A stretch of DNA of 64,000 nucleotides from Candidatus Micrarchaeia archaeon (GTDB taxonomy: Archaea; Micrarchaeota; Micrarchaeia; Anstonellales; Anstonellaceae): NCBI GenBank assembly GCA_041663445.1, contig JBAYMR010000005.1, forward strand, positions 996-64,995, in the 5' to 3' direction. Positions 16,129 through 24,732 of this stretch are shown here, one piece after another; positions within the stretch are counted from its first letter, which is position 1; each line of letters opens with the position of its first letter. The position numbers and the translations under genes were made by a program. The notes beneath the pieces are model-generated. The model was not told the origin of the DNA. It saw nothing but the letters and a program-made list of their open reading frames with translations, and ran no database searches.

Positions 16129-17379
16129 TCAGGTAAAACCATCGCCTGATTTGCCGTCCTGCACGCCTTTCCTTTCTTTTTTGCCGCCCATTTTCTCAAC
16201 AATCTCAATGTCGTTGGCTACTGCTTCCCTCAACTCATCGTAACCCTGCTTGGCAAGAATTTTGTCCTGGGCGTCTTTTGAGAGGGGTTCGATGCTGGAA
16301 TTTCGAGCGGGTTGTGTGGGTTGCAGCGATACACCCATGCTCAACGCGAGCTTTTCATAAGCGCCAGTGCCAAAGGCGGAGTCGTATTCTTGCTTGAGTT
16401 GCTCGTCACTATAAGAGGAGATACGCTCGATAATTGTGTTATATTTTTCGGTGAGTTTGTTGGCTGACAGCGTTAAATTTACCGCAGTATCCGCGCCATA
16501 AAAAAATGAGCTGCCGTGTGCGACAATAGAACGCATTTCAGACAGGGACTCCTGCCTTGCTGGTTGGAATTCAACCAAGAACAAGTCCGCTGTGGCTTGG
16601 AGTTTAAAGATTTTGGTTCTTCGTTCATCAATATGGTCCGCCGTGGCTTGGAGGTTAAAGATTTTGGTTCGTTCATCCGTATTAATCGAAGAAATGGGCC
16701 CAAATAGCGCAGCAATTTTGGATTCAAGCAAAACGCTTACATAACTGTCCCAACTGATCATGTTGGAAACCAATGTGTTGATTTCAGCCTGTGATGGGCT
16801 TTTTCCCGTCTTTTCAAAAATCACATACTCTCCATTAGCCCCAGAAGTCAGAAGATACGCCTTGCCACTTTTGGAAATTTCGATTGACCCGATGGAGCCG
16901 TTGCCATACATTTTTAGGGATTTGTCTCCGGCAATTTGATATCCTCCATCCTTGAGCGCCTGTTGCAGTGATGAGCCATTGGGGACAGATAAAATGGAAG
17001 ATTGCCCGAGATCGTACGTTTCCTTGGCGATTTTTATATAGCGGGCCATCGCAGCGGGGTTATTGGCTGTTTTCCAGAATTTCTGTTCATAGCTTCCATG
17101 CTCAGAGGCAGTAAGCGGCCTAAAAACAAGGAACTCCTTAACAACATCGGCTTTTTGCGTTTCCTCCTGAGTGCAGATCACAACACACTTAATATTGATG
17201 TGTTTGCCAAATGAATTTGAAAGTGTTTGAAGGAGAAAATCACTAGAATTGTCTTTGAAATTGATGCCGGTGCGCGCACTCGAAGAAGCAACAATCAGTT
17301 TCCTTGCGTCATCGGCGCTCTTGATGTGAACCGGAACCAGGCCGGCTGCGTTCTCTTTGTAGACCTGGAATACAAGCAT
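16129..17379 (-). CDS. orphan protein in a visibly lower-GC segment
   Basis: 416-aa uninterrupted ORF with no TM segment, signal peptide or recognisable domain. Composition is AT-richer than the flanking genes. Contains an in-frame 51-nt tandem duplication. Confidence 0.6.
   Translation of the reverse strand: MLVFQVYKENAAGLVPVHIKSADDARKLIVASSSARTGINFKDNSSDFLLQTLSNSFGKHINIKCVVICTQEETQKADVVKEFLVFRPLTASEHGSYEQKFWKTANNPAAMARYIKIAKETYDLGQSSILSVPNGSSLQQALKDGGYQIAGDKSLKMYGNGSIGSIEISKSGKAYLLTSGANGEYVIFEKTGKSPSQAEINTLVSNMISWDSYVSVLLESKIAALFGPISSINTDERTKIFNLQATADHIDERRTKIFKLQATADLFLVEFQPARQESLSEMRSIVAHGSSFFYGADTAVNLTLSANKLTEKYNTIIERISSYSDEQLKQEYDSAFGTGAYEKLALSMGVSLQPTQPARNSSIEPLSKDAQDKILAKQGYDELREAVANDIEIVEKMGGKKERKGVQDGKSGDGFT
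16585..16677 (-). repeat. 51-nt in-frame tandem duplication inside the orphan gene
   Basis: Copy 1 is 16585-16629. Copy 2 is 16636-16677 and lacks 3 nt. They encode ERTKIFNLQATADHID / ERRTKIFKLQATADLF. Confidence 0.8.
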
Positions 17380-17411
17380 ATTTTCACCTTTCTAACCTTA
17401 TTTTACAACAT

Positions 17412-17711
17412 CTAGTATTTAAACCCCGCCGTCCTGCCGCAGGAACAGGCATATTCCGCCGTGCGCGTGCGCTTCCGAAGGCGCACGCGGGTGTTCTTCC
17501 CGATGATGCGCGGCATGCCGCAGGATTTGCAGAAGCGCGCGCGGTCATTTTTGGAAAAGCGGCAGTTGTAGCGGGTGGAGAGCTTGCGCGCGAGGAAGAC
17601 ATAGCGCTTGGCGTGCTTTTCGTCGCCTGCGCGCAATGCCTTTTCCGCAAGCGTAAGGAGTATGCCAATCCTTTCATAGACTATTTCGCGGATGCCAGTC
17701 TGCTGCGCCAT
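17412..17711 (-). CDS. rnp4: RNase P protein component 4 (Rpp21)
   Basis: The last 99 codons of track ORF 17412-18290, starting at MAQQTGIRE. Zn-ribbon CKSCG...CSCG and an Rpp21-like helical N-terminus. The upstream part of the track ORF runs through a tRNA gene. Confidence 0.8.
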   Translation of the reverse strand: MAQQTGIREIVYERIGILLTLAEKALRAGDEKHAKRYVFLARKLSTRYNCRFSKNDRARFCKSCGMPRIIGKNTRVRLRKRTRTAEYACSCGRTAGFKY

Positions 17712-17730
17712 GGGGAGGGATTTGCACCTG

Positions 17731-17743
17731 AGATTAATAAAAA
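17731..17743 (-). promoter_or_regulatory. TATA-like box (TTTTTATTAATCT) about 27 nt upstream of the rnp4 ATG
   Basis: The spacing is consistent with a leaderless transcript. Confidence 0.4.
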
Positions 17744-17795
17744 CGAGGGTAGAGGCAGCAAAAAGGGCGGGCTTGCTGCGGCTAAGATTGAAGAC

Positions 17796-17871
17796 AAGGA
17801 GAAAGTGGGCCCGACGATGGAGCGCGGCAGCGCGACAGATTTTGTGCAACAGCACAAAACAAAGGGCACAC
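17796..17871 (-). repeat. duplicate of the tRNA 3' end with acceptor-mimic fold
   Basis: The 22-mer AAGGAGAAAGTGGGCCCGACGA occurs at 17796-17817 and 17875-17896 (plus strand). On the minus strand the copy is preceded by GTGTGCCC (pairs with GGGCCCAC, one mismatch) and hairpin TTTTGTGC-TGTT-GCACAAAA. Confidence 0.6.
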
Positions 17872-17884
17872 TTTAAGGAGAAAG

Positions 17885-18110
17885 TGGGCCCGACGAGATT
17901 TTCGAGATGCCGCAAACATGGGGTTTGGGCTGTCATTCGAACTCGTGACCTACAGCTTTCCAAGACACAATCGTCTGTTCCGGAGGAACTGGCGAATTGC
18001 CGTGCGCTTGGCACGACATTTTTGCGAGAGCGTGTCATATAAGACGTGCGTCGGAGGAGACGCTTGCGCGACTCTTCCAATGCCGCTCTAACCAGCTGAG
18101 CTACGGGCCC
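17885..18110 (-). tRNA. tRNA, isotype unresolved, with a T-loop (59/60) intron and about 110 nt of further intervening sequence in the anticodon-arm region
   Basis: Minus strand reads GGGCCCG TA GCTC AGCTGGTTA GAGC G ... GCTGT AGGTC ACGAG TTCGAA [37-nt intron, 17899-17935] T CTCGT CGGGCCC A. The acceptor, D and T arms are perfect. The anticodon arm could not be assembled by eye. Confidence 0.6.
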
Positions 18111-18135
18111 ACTAAGAGGAGATTGAGTGAAAAAA

Positions 18136-18145
18136 GATTTAAACC
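18136..18145 (-). promoter_or_regulatory. TATA box (GGTTTAAATC) 26-35 nt upstream of the tRNA 5' end
   Basis: Sequence and spacing are typical of archaeal tRNA promoters. Confidence 0.5.
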
Positions 18146-18165
18146 AGCCTGCGGGAAGGCGCGCG

Positions 18166-18918
18166 CTAGTGTGCGGCGCGGTAAAGGCGCAGGAGCGCGG
18201 ACATGGAGATTGGCAGGTAAAAAAGCGGGATGTAAAACAGGCTGAAGACGGGCACGAGCGCCGGGATGGCAAGCGCGAAGGCGACAGCAAAGTAGATGGC
18301 GACCTGGAGCGGGTTGCGGACGCTTGCGGACACCGACGTCCTTATTGCGCTTATCGGCCCCTTGCTATCCACCACTACGGCGGGCATGGCGAATGCGAGA
18401 AGGAAGGCTGCAAAGGCGGCATAGAGGATGACGAGCAGGATGGCCGCCACGGAAAATATCTGCCCGAGCGACGGGGCGATGGCAACCGCGAACAGCAGGG
18501 GTGCGCCGACAAGCACGCAGCAGATTATGGAGATGAGCATGAGCGGGGTTGCGAATTTCGGCACGCAGAGGAAGAATGCGCCAAGCGATTGCTTGCGCTT
18601 GGAGATGAAGCCGTTGAGGGTGGAAAGGTAGGCGCCGTGCAGGCCGGACGACACCCAAAGGACGGCCAGGATGCCGATGGAAAGCGCAATCAGGGAAACG
18701 CTCAGCCCGACTGCCGCAACCCCGATGGTTCCGTCCGAGGCAACCAGGTTCGCCACGCTCCCGAGCGAAACGATGCCGAAGATGCCAAGGCAAAGCGCGG
18801 TGAAAAACGACAGCGCCGTGCCTATGGCGGCAACTATCACGGAATAGACCGCATAGTCCGCCACGGATTCGCGGTAGGACGAGAATGCTTCCGAAAATGC
18901 CTGTACTGCGCTTGCCAT
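18166..18918 (-). CDS. multi-pass membrane protein, unknown function
   Basis: About 6 hydrophobic helices. Start chosen at MASAVQAF; the track start at 18981 would overlap the divergent gene. Confidence 0.6.
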   Translation of the reverse strand: MASAVQAFSEAFSSYRESVADYAVYSVIVAAIGTALSFFTALCLGIFGIVSLGSVANLVASDGTIGVAAVGLSVSLIALSIGILAVLWVSSGLHGAYLSTLNGFISKRKQSLGAFFLCVPKFATPLMLISIICCVLVGAPLLFAVAIAPSLGQIFSVAAILLVILYAAFAAFLLAFAMPAVVVDSKGPISAIRTSVSASVRNPLQVAIYFAVAFALAIPALVPVFSLFYIPLFYLPISMSALLRLYRAAH

Positions 18919-18979
18919 TGCACCACCGACACGGGTTGGCAGGCAATGCATAAAACGTTTGTGCTGCAAAGCGGAGGGC

Positions 18980-19861
18980 ATGGGATTTTTCGAGGACTAT
19001 TTCATCAGCCCGATAATCGGGAGGACAGGGTACAACGCAATAAACACGCTGGCTTATGCCGCAATCGCGATTGGCGCGCTTTACCTGATATGGCGCTTCA
19101 TGAGCGGCAGGAAGTATGACTTTTCCTCTCGCGGCTTCCTTTTCGCGGTGGCGGCGTTCGTGCTTTTCGGCTCCACCTGCCGCGTGCTCACCGACCTGTC
19201 CGACGCTGGCGCGGTGGCAGGCATGGCGCTCGCACCAGGCCCGCTCGCCCCGCTCTACATGGCGCTCCACACGTCCGGCGTTTTCAAGTACGGTTTCCTC
19301 ACCGTAACGCCAGGAATATACCTCGTGACCGCGGCGCTTTTCCTGCTCTCGCTCGCCATTTCCCAGGCAATGAAAAAAGAGATGTTTGCGGCCTATGCGG
19401 GCTTTTTGCTCTGGCTGCCGATTTGCCTTCTCGTGCTGCCGTTCGCCTCGCACTGGTGGTTCGTGCTGCTCACGCTCGTTGTCGCATCAGCCGGCGCATA
19501 TGCCGCATTCTTCGCGCTTGAAAGGCTCGGGAAGATGAAGCTGTCGATTTATGAAAAGCTCGCGATAGGCGGGCAGGCGCTTGACGGCGCTGCGACGTTT
19601 GTCGTGATAGACGTTTTCTCGAAGGAGACCGGGAGGGATTATTTCGAGCAGCATGTGCTTTCCGCCGGCATCGGAGAGGCTACGCCGTTGGGTTTTTTCC
19701 TGTTCTTCCTCATAAAAATCGCGCTTGCGGGCGCGATAGTCTATTTCCTGAGGAAAGAGAAGATGGGCAAGTCCGACATTGCGCTTGTCCTCATAGTGGT
19801 TGCCATAATGGGCTTTGCGCCGGGCATCAGGGACGCGCTTAGGATGCTTTGCGGCACGTGA
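18980..19861 (+). CDS. DUF63-family archaeal membrane protein
   Basis: MGFFEDYFISPIIGRTGYNAINTLAYA resembles the DUF63 N-terminus. Multi-pass hydrophobic profile. Confidence 0.6.
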   Translation: MGFFEDYFISPIIGRTGYNAINTLAYAAIAIGALYLIWRFMSGRKYDFSSRGFLFAVAAFVLFGSTCRVLTDLSDAGAVAGMALAPGPLAPLYMALHTSGVFKYGFLTVTPGIYLVTAALFLLSLAISQAMKKEMFAAYAGFLLWLPICLLVLPFASHWWFVLLTLVVASAGAYAAFFALERLGKMKLSIYEKLAIGGQALDGAATFVVIDVFSKETGRDYFEQHVLSAGIGEATPLGFFLFFLIKIALAGAIVYFLRKEKMGKSDIALVLIVVAIMGFAPGIRDALRMLCGT

Positions 19862-19960
19862 AGAAAAGAAAAGCCGCGGCGCCAATCCGCATTGCCAAAG
19901 CCCCAAAAGCCGGGTTTTCAAATATGCCGACCATGGCTCGCCTTGGGGCACGCCGCGCGC

Positions 19961-20536
19961 CTAGAGCCCGAAGCCTTTCCTTATGTACTCCACCGCGAAT
20001 GCCGCAAGCAGCACGCCGGATACGCGCGAGAGTATCTCCAGCCCGTTCTTGCCAATCACGCGGTAGACGCGCGAGGAAAGGAGAAGGATGGCAAAGCTTG
20101 CAAGGCATGAAAGCACCCCCGCGGCAAGCACGTTCCAGAATCCGAATGAGTTTGAAAGCAGCACCGTGGTAAGCATGGTGCCGGGGCCTGAAAGCAGCGG
20201 CACGCCGATAATCACAGCCTCCACCGAGGTCTTCTGCTTGCCGCCGTAGTCTATGCCGAGCGCGAACGAGACTGCGATGAGCAGCATCAGTATGCCGCCG
20301 CCAATCTCGAAGCTTTCCATCCTTATGCCCATGACGGACAGCACCAGGGGCCCGATGAGGAGGAAACCCACAAGCACGCCGGTTGCGACAAGCGACGCGA
20401 TTTCTGCCGCTTCCCGCCGCGCAGCCGCCGGCATGCTCTTTGTAAGGGAGATGAAGACCGGCACCGATGAGAACGGGTCCATCACCACGAAGAGTGGGAT
20501 GAACGCGGAGAAGATTGCGGCAAGCGAAAGGTCCAT
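19961..20536 (-). CDS. MarC family (UPF0056) integral membrane protein
   Basis: FIPLFVVMDPFSSVPVF motif. Paralog of 2719-3300. Confidence 0.8.
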   Translation of the reverse strand: MDLSLAAIFSAFIPLFVVMDPFSSVPVFISLTKSMPAAARREAAEIASLVATGVLVGFLLIGPLVLSVMGIRMESFEIGGGILMLLIAVSFALGIDYGGKQKTSVEAVIIGVPLLSGPGTMLTTVLLSNSFGFWNVLAAGVLSCLASFAILLLSSRVYRVIGKNGLEILSRVSGVLLAAFAVEYIRKGFGL

Positions 20537-20615
20537 GCGCTGCTTTCGCGGCGAGCGCTTTTATTGCTTGGCTTGCTGGCCTGGGAAAGAAGGCGCTTGC
20601 CGGAAGGAAGGGTGC

Positions 20616-21380
20616 CTAGAGCGAGGAGAGGAACTCCTCCTCCAGGAAGTGGAGCCGGGCAGGCACGATGATGACGGCAGGCCCCTCGGAAGCGTCGTAT
20701 TTTGCAAGCTCTGATATCGCGCAGTATTTTTTTGCGGGGGCGCCCCAGCCGATTCCTTTGAGGAGCACGAGCTTTGTTTCCGGCGAAAACATTTTTTTCC
20801 CGCCTTCCTTTTCCATTGCCAGGAGCACATCCGCCGCGGAGGACGGCTTCATGGGGCCGAGCTTCTCGTCAATGTCAAGCAGGAGGAGGGTGTGGAGGTT
20901 GCGCGACAGGTTCTCGGAAATGACGTCGTAGGCTGCCATGGGCTTGTAGTTGTCGCGCCAGTAGGCGAGCGTCACCGTCTTGCCGAATTTGTATGCCTGC
21001 AGGCCGGCCTCGCCGATGGCGGCTGAAAGCACCGACGATGCGTGGATTACTTCCGTTTCAATCCCGCGCTTTTTCGCGGCAAGGAGAAGCGAGACGTGCG
21101 TGGTGGCAATCATCGGGTCGCCGGCGACAACAAGCGCCACCGCCCCGCCCTTGGCGGCATCCAAAAGCTCCTTTTCCCCCTCGACCTGCTCGCGCGAGAG
21201 GATGGCGATTTCCTTGCCGCAGAGCGCCTCGAGGCGCGTAAGCGTCCCTTCCGGCTGGAGGTTGGTGTAGCGCTCGGCGTATATTTTGCCGCACGCGCGC
21301 AGTGCCTCAAGCCCGGCAATGGAGATGTTCCTTTCATCCGCTATGCCGGTTCCGACCAGTATGAGCCTTGGTTTTGCCAT
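20616..21380 (-). CDS. dph5: diphthine synthase
   Basis: 254 aa with tetrapyrrole-methylase fold motifs (LVGTGI, VAGDPMIATTH) and typical DphB sequence. Confidence 0.9.
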   Translation of the reverse strand: MAKPRLILVGTGIADERNISIAGLEALRACGKIYAERYTNLQPEGTLTRLEALCGKEIAILSREQVEGEKELLDAAKGGAVALVVAGDPMIATTHVSLLLAAKKRGIETEVIHASSVLSAAIGEAGLQAYKFGKTVTLAYWRDNYKPMAAYDVISENLSRNLHTLLLLDIDEKLGPMKPSSAADVLLAMEKEGGKKMFSPETKLVLLKGIGWGAPAKKYCAISELAKYDASEGPAVIIVPARLHFLEEEFLSSL

Positions 21381-21442
21381 GCCTGCACCACCGGCATTTA
21401 GGCTGCGGATTTCTTATAAACCCGCGCGGGCAGAAGATTCGC

Positions 21443-22738
21443 ATGGCAAAGCTTTGCGACAACTGCAGGAGGCAGGGGAGGGTGTGGTGCCCGCACAACG
21501 CCGCATTGGAAATCAGGGCAAGGATTGCGCCCACCCTCAAGCGGGACATGTTCGGCCCCACGCCGCCGCACGTTTTCGTGGGGCACAACTTCTACCCCAA
21601 CGTGTATTGGGGCCCGCTTGTGTCAAGCGAAGCCGCAAGCGACGACCCGCGCGACATGTACGGCATGAGCCTGGAAAAAATAATCGAGAGCCGCGCCGGG
21701 ATTGTGCGGGGCATGAAGAGGGACAGCGTGAAAACAACCAGCAGGATGCTTGCCGAGGCGCAATCCGCTGTGATGAGCATAAAGCCTGTTGACGCCGAGG
21801 CGCACTTTTCGCGCGACCCCGTGTTTTCGCTGGAGATGGACGACGTAACGCACCCCATGGGCGCGTCGGCCCCGATTGAGAAGTTCAAGGTCGCGGACAA
21901 CCCGTCTGTCCCGAAGAAGGTGGATTCGCTCGCAAACGATTCCACCTTGGCAAACGATGCCATCGTGGAGCTGCTTCTTTCCGGGTTTGACGTGCATTAC
22001 CTGTCAAAGCTCCTGACGGCGGGCGTGCTGGGCAGGAAGGAGAACAAGAAGATGGTGCCAACGAAATGGGCGATTACCGCGACTGACGACATGGCTGCCA
22101 AGCACATGATGGATTCCGTGCGCGACAACCGCGAAATCGAGTGCCCGCTCGTCTACTCCAACACCTACCTCGACAACCATTTCGAGATACTTCTGCTGCC
22201 GGGCAGCTGGGAGTACGAGCAGTTCGAGGCTGCGCTTACCAGTGAGATTGAGGAGAGGAAAAGGAAGAGGGAAAAAGCGCTGGGGATTGGCGGGAAGGAT
22301 GGCAGGGGCGCGCAGGGCGGATTGGAAAAGAATTATGCGGAGGGCCTGCGGTTCGAGCATGCGCCGTGGGAAAAATGGAAAACTGACGGCACGGTGAATT
22401 TCTCCGAGGAGCACGAGCCATACGGGGGAAGAAGCGATTATGCCGAAAGCCAGGGCGGCGGCTATTATGCCGCGCGCCTGGGAGTGGTGGAGGCGCTTTA
22501 CAGGATGAGAAGGCAGGCGCGGGTGGTGCTGTTCCGCGAGATAGGCACGCAATACACCGTGCCTGTGGGCGTGTGGGAGGTGCGCGAGAACACGAGGCAT
22601 GCCCTTGCAGGCGAGCCGCAGAAATTCGCGACGAAAGACGAGGCGCTATCATGCATTGCCAGCCGGCTCGCGGTCCCGCTGGGGGAGTACATGCGGAAGA
22701 GCAAGGTGCTGCTACAGAGAAGGCTCACGGAATTTTAG
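21443..22738 (+). CDS. nreA: Nre-family DNA repair protein (DUF650/DUF651)
   Basis: N-terminal CxxC...C motif and FGPTPPHVFVGHNFYPNVYWGP. C-terminal QRRLTEF resembles a PIP box. Start taken at MAKLCDNC. Confidence 0.7.
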   Translation: MAKLCDNCRRQGRVWCPHNAALEIRARIAPTLKRDMFGPTPPHVFVGHNFYPNVYWGPLVSSEAASDDPRDMYGMSLEKIIESRAGIVRGMKRDSVKTTSRMLAEAQSAVMSIKPVDAEAHFSRDPVFSLEMDDVTHPMGASAPIEKFKVADNPSVPKKVDSLANDSTLANDAIVELLLSGFDVHYLSKLLTAGVLGRKENKKMVPTKWAITATDDMAAKHMMDSVRDNREIECPLVYSNTYLDNHFEILLLPGSWEYEQFEAALTSEIEERKRKREKALGIGGKDGRGAQGGLEKNYAEGLRFEHAPWEKWKTDGTVNFSEEHEPYGGRSDYAESQGGGYYAARLGVVEALYRMRRQARVVLFREIGTQYTVPVGVWEVRENTRHALAGEPQKFATKDEALSCIASRLAVPLGEYMRKSKVLLQRRLTEF

Positions 22739-22820
22739 GGAGAGCGCGGCAAGCGGGCATGCGCCGGGTTTTGCCCTGGATTTTCGCTCGTTTTAATAAT
22801 CTTGCACCCGAAAGTGGCGC

Positions 22821-23042
22821 ATGCAAACGCCTTCGCTTGTGGACGAGATAGAAAGCACAATCAGCGGCGCGGCAAGCGGGCAGAAAGTGACGCTCATCAT
22901 CCTGTCCGTGGGCAAGGGAGTATCCGTGGCAAAGGAGGAGATTGTGAAGCGCCTGGCCGGGAAATACCCAGGCGCAAGCATAGACATCCAGGATGGCGGC
23001 GCGGCAGGGAGCGCCACGGTGAAGGAGATTGAGGTCGAATAA
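22821..23042 (+). CDS. hypothetical small protein
   Basis: 73-aa ORF immediately upstream of rnhB. No family recognised. Confidence 0.4.
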   Translation: MQTPSLVDEIESTISGAASGQKVTLIILSVGKGVSVAKEEIVKRLAGKYPGASIDIQDGGAAGSATVKEIEVE

Positions 23043-23065
23043 CTTTTTGCAATCTGGCGGTTTTT

Positions 23066-23719
23066 ATGATTATAGGCGTGGACGAGGCCGGGAGGGGCTG
23101 CATCATCGGCCCAATGGTGATTTGCGCTGCGGCAATAAACCCGCTGGACGAGTACAAGATGAAGGAGATGGGCGTGAAAGATTCCAAGAAGCTCTCGCCT
23201 GCGCAGCGCGAGAAGCTCTACCCGAAAGTCGCGCACATGTGCAAGTACGCATGCGCAAAAGTCACCGCGCAGGAGCTCAACGTCCTCATGGACAAATATT
23301 CGCTCAACGAGATTGAGGCGATAAAGATTGCCGGGCTGATAGATTCCCTTGCGCTCCCCGGCGCAACCGTTTATGTGGACTCGCCCGACAACGTGCCCGC
23401 CAAGTTCGCGCGCAGGGTGGAAAAATACATGAAGACCAAGCACAAGATTGTGTCCGCCAACAAGGCGGACGACCTGTACCTCATCGTAGGCGCGGCGTCC
23501 ATTGTTGCGAAAGTCACGCGCGACCGCGAGATTGAGAAGATAAAGAAGGAGGTCGGCATTGACTTCAATTCCGGCTATACGTCGGACCCGGTCACGCAGA
23601 TGTACATAAAGAAACGGCACGAGTACCCGGCGCTGTTGCCCTACCTCCGCACGAAATGGTCCACGCTGCGCGTTGACACGCAGAAGAAGCTGCTTGATTT
23701 CGACGAAGCGAAATTATAG
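23066..23719 (+). CDS. rnhB: ribonuclease HII
   Basis: IGVDEAGRGCIIGPMV catalytic motif. 217 aa. Confidence 0.9.
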   Translation: MIIGVDEAGRGCIIGPMVICAAAINPLDEYKMKEMGVKDSKKLSPAQREKLYPKVAHMCKYACAKVTAQELNVLMDKYSLNEIEAIKIAGLIDSLALPGATVYVDSPDNVPAKFARRVEKYMKTKHKIVSANKADDLYLIVGAASIVAKVTRDREIEKIKKEVGIDFNSGYTSDPVTQMYIKKRHEYPALLPYLRTKWSTLRVDTQKKLLDFDEAKL

Positions 23720-23778
23720 TGCCCGACCTGCGCGCAAGCTCGCGCTAATTATCAAAAATGCCAGACGGAAAAAAGGAT

Positions 23779-23961
23779 TTACCTCATCACTACAAGCGGG
23801 ATTATGCCCGCGTCAAGCTCGTGCTTCGCCACGTCAATCGAGGACTCGCCTGCCTTGACTTCCAGGAGCGGCGGAGCGCCGTATGAAATCTGCAGCGCGC
23901 GCGCGCCTATGATGCGCGCGAGCTCGAACTTGTTGAGTGTGTTTATTGACATATGAACCAC
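23779..23961 (-). CDS. rpoK: DNA-directed RNA polymerase subunit K (Rpo6)
   Basis: NKFELARIIGARALQISYGAPPLL is the conserved RpoK core. Confidence 0.85.
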   Translation of the reverse strand: MVHMSINTLNKFELARIIGARALQISYGAPPLLEVKAGESSIDVAKHELDAGIIPLVVMR

Positions 23962-24028
23962 GTTATTTGAACTTGGGTGGGCACGGGTTTTTAATTGTGC
24001 TGGAAAACGCCCATTTTCAGGCGCGCGC

Positions 24029-24670
24029 CTATTCCTCCTCGGTTAGCGCAGAGTAGTCCCTGTCGTTGAACGAGTAGAGCGGCTTTCCGGACATGCGGAG
24101 CAGCGCCTCCTGCTCGCTTTCGCATACGGCCGGCTCGGCGCCCGAGTGCGCGGAAAGGTGGAACTTGCCGCCAAACGGGCAGAGCACGTAGGAATTCTTG
24201 GTGTTGGTGACGAAGATGCGCGCGTCCGGGGCGCCGAGGCTCCGCAGCAGGCTGCAAAGCAGGATGGACTTGTCAATCTCGTCCCCAGCCATTATGGACT
24301 GCATGTCGGAGAATGAGAGCCAGAATGCGACCGGGGGGGAGATGGTGGCAAACGAGGCGACATAAGAGCAGCACATTTTCGCGGCTGCAAGGAAATGCTC
24401 CTCGTATATGTAAGGGCGGAAGCCCTCAAGCAGCGAGTCGCGCGTCTTCGTGATTATTGGGTCGTGGGGGAGGACCATGCCTTTCAGGTCAGAGACGGAC
24501 TTGTTCTCATGCTCTTCTATGTCCTCGCGGTAGCGGTCAATTATCAGCTTGTAAAGCTTCACGCGCAGTTCGTCAGAGGGTTCGGATGGAAGTGCGGCAG
24601 GGGACGAAGCAGCAGGCGGGCTGTTGGGCTTCTCGGGTTTCTTCATCAGGTTTTCAAGAAGGGACGCCAT
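24029..24670 (-). CDS. hypothetical protein, possible transglutaminase-like fold
   Basis: 213 aa. DKSILLCSLLRSLGAPDARIF resembles the Cys-containing core of transglutaminase-like proteins. This is a weak call. Confidence 0.5.
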   Translation of the reverse strand: MASLLENLMKKPEKPNSPPAASSPAALPSEPSDELRVKLYKLIIDRYREDIEEHENKSVSDLKGMVLPHDPIITKTRDSLLEGFRPYIYEEHFLAAAKMCCSYVASFATISPPVAFWLSFSDMQSIMAGDEIDKSILLCSLLRSLGAPDARIFVTNTKNSYVLCPFGGKFHLSAHSGAEPAVCESEQEALLRMSGKPLYSFNDRDYSALTEEE

Positions 24671-24732
24671 ATTTGTTGTATTTGATGGCTGATATTATAA
24701 TAATGAGTGAAAAAGAGTGTTGTTTCGTGCAC

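Noticed and set aside
17412-18290. 292-aa track ORF spanning rnp4, the repeat unit and the whole tRNA gene.
   Set aside because: Only the last 99 codons match Rpp21. The upstream part reads straight through a tRNA gene and its promoter, so the real start is the internal ATG at 17711.
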